Assembly: GCA_022778545.1 (NCBI GenBank)
Contig: JALFDW010000041.1
Span: 1,483 to 65,482 of the forward strand
Length of the DNA stretch: 64,000 nt
Direction of reading: 5' to 3'
DNA from: a bacterium
Lineage (GTDB): Bacteria; Bacillota; Clostridia; Christensenellales; CAG-138
The notes under the pieces are model-generated. The model was not told where the DNA came from. It did no database searches and was given only the letters and a program-made list of their open reading frames with translations. The translations under genes and the position numbers were made by a program. Below, piece by piece: positions 61,693 to 64,000 of the stretch. Every line of letters starts with the position of its first letter. Position 1 is the first letter of the stretch.

Positions 61693-61825
61693 TTGGAAAT
61701 TTTCTCAACCCTTTGGAGATTCCATCATGCTGCCCGTATACAAAAAACAGAAAAACAAAAAAGGAACGGTTCCTGGCAGGAAATGCCGTGTGGTTCCGCA
61801 TACAGAGACGACAACGGCAGAAAGG

Positions 61826-62041
61826 ATGAGGAAAATGAAGGGCTTTGAAGACATCAGGTGCATTGGAAATGGGGCTCTCAAGGGACTGGTCATGGAAGAA
61901 TCTCCCAACTCGCTGCTGATTGCTGCGAGAAAGAAGATCTATGTCCCTGAAAAGAAGATCGTCCTTATGGATCAGATCACCGAACAGGAGGCCCTGTTCA
62001 TAAAAAGCGCTGCGAAACACAAAGGAGGTTTGATTGTATGA
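61826..62041 (+). CDS. Small hypothetical protein translationally coupled to ClpP
   Basis: ~70 aa (MRKMKGFEDIRCIGNGALKG...). The RBS AAAGGA lies upstream. Its stop overlaps the ClpP start (ATGA at 62038-62041). The start could instead be 61835. Confidence 0.45.
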   Translation: MRKMKGFEDIRCIGNGALKGLVMEESPNSLLIAARKKIYVPEKKIVLMDQITEQEALFIKSAAKHKGGLIV

Positions 62042-62628
62042 ATTATCTTATGAAGAAGGCCACCAACCTGAGCGGGCAGGACATGATGCTGACGCCGCTG
62101 GATATCGACTATGCTCACCGCACCATTCTTCTTACCGGTGAAATCGATGAGGATGTTGCAACGGTAGTAAATTCCGCTCTCAGGTGCCTTGCCAGGGATT
62201 CGGATGAGGATATCACCATCTACATTCAGAGCCCCGGAGGATCTGTTTCCGCCGGCCTCAGTATCCATGATACTGCAAAAGCACTGAAATGCGACATCGT
62301 TACAGTTGCCTGCGGCATGGCAGCAAGCATGGGAGCTTTCCTTCTGGCTGCTGCCGGGACAAAAGGGAAACGCTGGTGCCAGCCCAACGCTGAAGTGCTG
62401 ATCCATCAGCCGCTTGGCGGAACGACCGGCCAGGCAACGGACATCCGCATTCATGCAGAGCATATTCTCAATACCCGCATAAAGCTCAACCGCATTTTTG
62501 CCGAGTGTACCGGCCAGCCCTTCGATAAGGTCGAGAGCGATACCGAACGGGACTACATTATGAGTGCAGAGGAAGCGCTTAAATACGGGCTTGTCGACAA
62601 GGTCGGAGATCCTGTTTCCGAATGGTAA
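62038..62628 (+). CDS. clpP: ATP-dependent Clp protease proteolytic subunit (ClpP paralogue)
   Basis: 196 aa, collinear with canonical ClpP: ILLTGEIDEDVA...IYIQSPGGSVSAGLSIHD...GMAASMGAFLLAAG (Ser)...LIHQPLGG (His)...DTERDYIMSAEEALKYGLVD (Asp). Confidence 0.93.
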   Translation: MNYLMKKATNLSGQDMMLTPLDIDYAHRTILLTGEIDEDVATVVNSALRCLARDSDEDITIYIQSPGGSVSAGLSIHDTAKALKCDIVTVACGMAASMGAFLLAAAGTKGKRWCQPNAEVLIHQPLGGTTGQATDIRIHAEHILNTRIKLNRIFAECTGQPFDKVESDTERDYIMSAEEALKYGLVDKVGDPVSEW

Positions 62629-62653
62629 ACGAGGCTTTAAACGGAGGTTACAA

Positions 62654-63433
62654 ATGAAGCGTTGCGATATTACGAAACCAATCGGGCTTGACACGCTCTG
62701 CGCGGAGGTCGAGAGCACTTGCAGCAAGGCCCATATATTTAAGCGGTGCGGCCTGCGCCCGCAGCATTTGATCGTCCCTCTGGACCCCGGCTGCGGAAGA
62801 ACGACGTTCATGGAATATATGACCGATCAGTATAAAAAGGCGGGTGTTTTGGAGTTCACCAGCGGCCTGGATGACTATATCGAAGTCACTTTTGACGGCA
62901 CGCTTCCGCAGCTCAAACGGGTATTTGCCGCGATTGATTCCGCAGCTGTGTATACCAATGAATACTGCAACATCATTGGCATGGATATCAGCGGCATTGC
63001 CGCTCACCTCGGCGAAACTCAGCTCGCTGAGTTTATGAAAAACTGCAAGCGGGTTTGCGATCACGCCTGCGTCGTCTTCTTTGTTCATGCTGTACCGAAC
63101 AGAAACGAGGAAAAGCTTTTGGAGAAGCTGTGTGAAACTGTCGGCAGCGTCAAACGCCTCACGGTCGAACCTTACACGAAGGATGACATGTGCGCCCTGA
63201 TCATCAAGGCTGTTTTGGATCACGGCATCGAAATCCGGCATGAGGCAGCGTTCCAGTCGGAATTGTCGGATATGGTTTCCGCATGCTGCATATCCGACGT
63301 CAGGGAAGCGATCGCCGCAGCGGATACCATCGTCCATTTTGCCGATTTTTCAGGCTTTACGCCCGTTGTTGACGAGACCAGCCTGAAGTCTGTGATCGCA
63401 ATCCGGCATAATCAGGCCAGCATCATGATGTAG
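62654..63433 (+). CDS. SpoVK/CbbX-like AAA+ domain protein with degenerate Walker A and B (probable pseudo-ATPase)
   Basis: ATG is 7 nt after GGAGG. The order LIVPLDPGCGRTTFMEYM...AGVLEF...IIGMDISG...VVFFVHAVP...LTVEPYTKDDM parallels SpoVK/CbbX. The Walker A Lys is replaced by Arg (62786-62806) and the Walker B DE is replaced by DI. Confidence 0.55.
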   Translation: MKRCDITKPIGLDTLCAEVESTCSKAHIFKRCGLRPQHLIVPLDPGCGRTTFMEYMTDQYKKAGVLEFTSGLDDYIEVTFDGTLPQLKRVFAAIDSAAVYTNEYCNIIGMDISGIAAHLGETQLAEFMKNCKRVCDHACVVFFVHAVPNRNEEKLLEKLCETVGSVKRLTVEPYTKDDMCALIIKAVLDHGIEIRHEAAFQSELSDMVSACCISDVREAIAAADTIVHFADFSGFTPVVDETSLKSVIAIRHNQASIMM

Positions 63434-63449
63434 AGAGGAGCGGAGCAAA

Positions 63450-64000
63450 ATGAGCCGAAGTGAACGTTGGAATACCGCAGGCGAAATCAAGCGCAGGTTT
63501 CATGAAACCACAGACCCGATGAATGGTGCGGGCCCGGTCATATATGTTGAGAACGGCAGGAAGTACTCCGATGACAGCGAGTCGCACATCGCTGTAATTG
63601 GCCGCACCGGCAAGGGGAAAAGCCAATGCTGCAGCCTCCCGTTTATGAGGGAGATCTTCAGGAAGGGAGAAAGCCTTATCATGCTTGATCCCAAAGGGGA
63701 AGGTTACAGGAGAAACGCCTGTTATATTCCGGCTGAATATCAGGTTTTCTGCGTGGATTTCCGCAACCCGAGAAAAAGCCCCACAAAGTGGAATCTTTTC
63801 CGCTGCATCGAGAGATTGTTCCACTCCGAAGATCCGGACGACAAGGACATTGCAAGTTCAATGATCAGTGAGCTTTGGAAGGGGGTCTATCCCTACGATG
63901 GCCATTCAGAAAAGTTTTGGACGGATTCATCCATAAACTATGCCAAAGGTCTGACCTATGGTTTGCTTGAAACTGCATCCGAAGAGCAGACCAACCTTGA
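63450..64000 (+). CDS. Second VirD4/TraG-family T4CP-like ATPase (N-terminal part; 3' end outside the window), no membrane anchor
   Basis: Open from ATG 63450 (RBS GAGAGGAG) to the window end. Canonical Walker A GRTGKGKS (63600-63623), then MLDPKGEGY and PTKWNLF (the T4CP DPKGE / WNP motifs). No hydrophobic N-terminus. Confidence 0.8.
   Translation, partial: MSRSERWNTAGEIKRRFHETTDPMNGAGPVIYVENGRKYSDDSESHIAVIGRTGKGKSQCCSLPFMREIFRKGESLIMLDPKGEGYRRNACYIPAEYQVFCVDFRNPRKSPTKWNLFRCIERLFHSEDPDDKDIASSMISELWKGVYPYDGHSEKFWTDSSINYAKGLTYGLLETASEEQTNL

Larger units (their letters stand above)
53750..64000. mobile_element. AT-richer accessory island (integrated mobile/conflict element; right end outside the window)
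   Basis: Base composition drops visibly relative to the flanking ilv operon. The region holds T4CP-like genes, decayed HIRAN/NADAR genes, its own sigma-like and wHTH regulators, and a paralogous ClpP. No integrase or flanking repeat is visible at the left edge. Confidence 0.5.

Noticed and set aside
62038-62628. ClpP as a phage prohead (S14-type) maturation protease, which would imply a prophage.
   Set aside because: The sequence is collinear with cellular ClpP over its whole length, including the N-terminal axial region and the C-terminal handle/DTERD block. No portal, terminase, capsid or scaffold genes flank it.

Overview
This 64-kb window comes from a GC-rich chromosome. I infer it is Firmicutes/Clostridia-like from three T-box leaders, a type III glutamine synthetase, a CarD regulator and the overall gene content.

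Bases 1-53.7 kb are mostly conserved housekeeping genes:
- The 3' end of a tyrosine integrase sits against the 3' end of guaA. It is followed by xpt and clpB.
- An ~16-kb locus (6.3-22.1 kb) looks like a cell-wall peptide / D-amino-acid salvage cluster. It holds a DmpA-type aminopeptidase, a five-gene Opp/Dpp-type ABC importer, a cytoplasmic NlpC/P60 peptidase, a transglutaminase-like protein, a DAP-decarboxylase homologue, a D-Cys-desulfhydrase-family enzyme, an Asp/Glu-family racemase, a P-loop protein and a convergent D-serine dehydratase.
- Downstream come a CPBP protease, psuG, ileS with an Ile T-box, ftsH, a PHP phosphoesterase, prs, a DUF2974 hydrolase and asnB with an Asn T-box.
- These are followed by an RluA-family pseudouridine synthase, a type III glutamine synthetase and CarD.
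- A T-box-controlled branched-chain amino-acid operon on the minus strand reads ilvB-ilvN-ilvC-ilvD-leuA-leuC-leuD-leuB-DUF815 ATPase-ilvA.

From ~53.75 kb to the window end the sequence is visibly more AT-rich and looks accessory. It contains:
- a J-domain (HPD) coiled-coil protein;
- a HIRAN gene interrupted at a G_GGA_AAG heptamer;
- a decayed NADAR remnant;
- a divergent sigma-70-like gene;
- a co-directional cluster of an OmpR-type winged-helix protein, a VirD4/TraG-like ATPase with no membrane anchor, a TPR-like protein, a DUF1292-like protein, a YbjN-like protein with a duplicated acidic tail, a small ORF, a canonical ClpP paralogue, a SpoVK/CbbX-like pseudo-ATPase and a second anchor-less VirD4/TraG-like ATPase that is cut by the window end.

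This ClpP / T4CP-like cluster is the best candidate for an undescribed system.

I saw no rRNA, tRNA or CRISPR array. The many long antisense ORFs in the GC-rich part are treated as shadow ORFs.
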